DNA of 47,374 nucleotides from a virus (lineage: Duplodnaviria > Caudoviricetes): IMG/VR virus record IMGVR_UViG_3300030329_001639, positions 1 to 47,374 of that record; one strand, 5' to 3'. Under the pieces are notes generated by a model that was not told where the DNA came from, ran no database searches, and saw nothing but the letters and a program-made list of their open reading frames with translations. Within the stretch, counting starts at the first letter, position 1. The number at the start of each line of letters is the position of its first letter. Made by a program: the position numbers and the translations under genes. Below are positions 46,356-47,374 of the stretch, piece by piece.

Positions 46356-47374
46356 ATGGCTTTTAAACGTGCTGCAGGGTATAACAATTTACCTAACGGT
46401 AATTTTAGCCCTGTTATTTACTCTAAGCAGGTCCAGCTTGCGTTCCGCAAGGGTTCTGTTGCAGAGGATATTACCAATAACGACTACTTTGGTGATATTG
46501 CAAACTTTGGTGATACTGTCCGTATTATCAAGGAGCCTGAGATCACGGTCAAGTCTTATGCCCGTGGCACTCAGATTTCACCACAAGACCTTGATGATGA
46601 AGATTTTCAGCTTGTCGTTGATCAGGCTAACTACTTCGCATTTAAGGTTGATGACATTGAAGAAGCACATTCACATGTGAACTTTCAGAACGTAGCGTCT
46701 GATCGTGCAGGCTATCGCCTCAAGGATCAGTATGACGCAGAAGTTCTGGGCTACCTCGCTGGTTTCGCTCAGGCTTCTATCAATGCAGTTGCCAGTACCG
46801 CTAATACTACGGTTTCTGGTACTAAGGCTGTATCGACTGCTGGTTCCGACGAACTGCTTTCTTCCATGCAGCTTAAGAAGGGCGACTTCGGTAACATTAC
46901 CACCTCTTCGGCAGGTACGCATTCCATTCCGGTTGCGGCTCGTCTGCCGGGAGCAAGTGCTCTTCCCACTGCGACTGCTTCTCCCAACATGATTATTGCT
47001 CGTATGGCACGTCTGTTGGACACGCAGTTTGTGGACAAGGAGAATCGCTGGATCGTCATTTCACCACACTTGATGGAAGTGTTGATGGATGAGGATTCCC
47101 GCCTTCTCAATCAAGACTTTGGGGAGTCCGGTGGGCTTCGCAATGGTCTTACTGCAAATAATTTGTACGGCTTCAGGGTTTATGTTTCTAACAATCTTCC
47201 GGCTGTTGGTACTGGTCCGGCTACCTCTGGTACTGCCAATCAGAACTCCAACTATGGTGTGATTGTTGCTGGACATGATTCCGCTGTAGCTTCCGCGAGC
47301 CAGATCACTAAGACGGAAACGTATCGTGATCCTGATAGCTTTGCTGACATCGTGCGTGGTATGCACCTTTATGG
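46356..47374 (+). CDS. Major capsid protein (3' truncated; absent from the ORF track because there is no stop)
   Basis: AAGGAG RBS. Begins MAFKRAAGYNNLPNGNFSPVIYSKQVQLAFRK...FGDTVRIIKEP...YFAFKVDDIE and appears open to the window end. Confidence 0.92.
   Translation, partial: MAFKRAAGYNNLPNGNFSPVIYSKQVQLAFRKGSVAEDITNNDYFGDIANFGDTVRIIKEPEITVKSYARGTQISPQDLDDEDFQLVVDQANYFAFKVDDIEEAHSHVNFQNVASDRAGYRLKDQYDAEVLGYLAGFAQASINAVASTANTTVSGTKAVSTAGSDELLSSMQLKKGDFGNITTSSAGTHSIPVAARLPGASALPTATASPNMIIARMARLLDTQFVDKENRWIVISPHLMEVLMDEDSRLLNQDFGESGGLRNGLTANNLYGFRVYVSNNLPAVGTGPATSGTANQNSNYGVIVAGHDSAVASASQITKTETYRDPDSFADIVRGMHLY

Noticed and set aside
46369-47366. Short ORFs listed in the track over the window end
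   Set aside because: They are shadows of the major capsid ORF starting at 46356, which runs off the window.
1-47374. tRNA genes, a phage RNA polymerase, or an alternative genetic code
   Set aside because: No cloverleaf or T-loop consensus was noticed by eye (a tRNAscan run would be needed to be sure). No T7-type RNAP motifs are present. Genes are intact and densely packed under the standard code.

Overview
This window is most of the genome of a marine podovirus of the HMO-2011 type, a group infecting SAR116/Roseobacter-like Alphaproteobacteria. The call rests on a family A DNA polymerase carrying a DnaJ-like Cys finger, a tyrosine integrase inside the replication operon, no RNA polymerase gene in the window, and near-consensus sigma70 promoters. 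The + strand at 1-13770 encodes a tail fibre, internal virion/ejection proteins, a holin-like protein and small basic proteins. The - strand at 13767-33791 encodes early genes, ThyX, integrase, primase, helicase, PolA, an SSB-like protein, nucleases and a class II RNR. A divergent non-coding control region lies at about 33.8-34.6 kb. The + strand from 34590 encodes a MazG-like enzyme, accessory genes, terminase, portal, a lysozyme-domain virion protein, scaffold and the major capsid protein (truncated). Four signals are missed or unexplained by the ORF track: (1) a small MORN-repeat gene whose N-terminus is stitched from two distant motifs of the phage's own 1191-aa internal virion protein, including a 29/30-nt DNA match; (2) a 25-aa PqqA (PQQ precursor peptide) gene; (3) a cuckoo-like CCUCCUCCC hairpin in an early 3' UTR; (4) a recurring CC/CNAC internal-loop RNA motif in the scaffold and capsid leaders. 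All calls come from motif recognition by eye; no searches were run.
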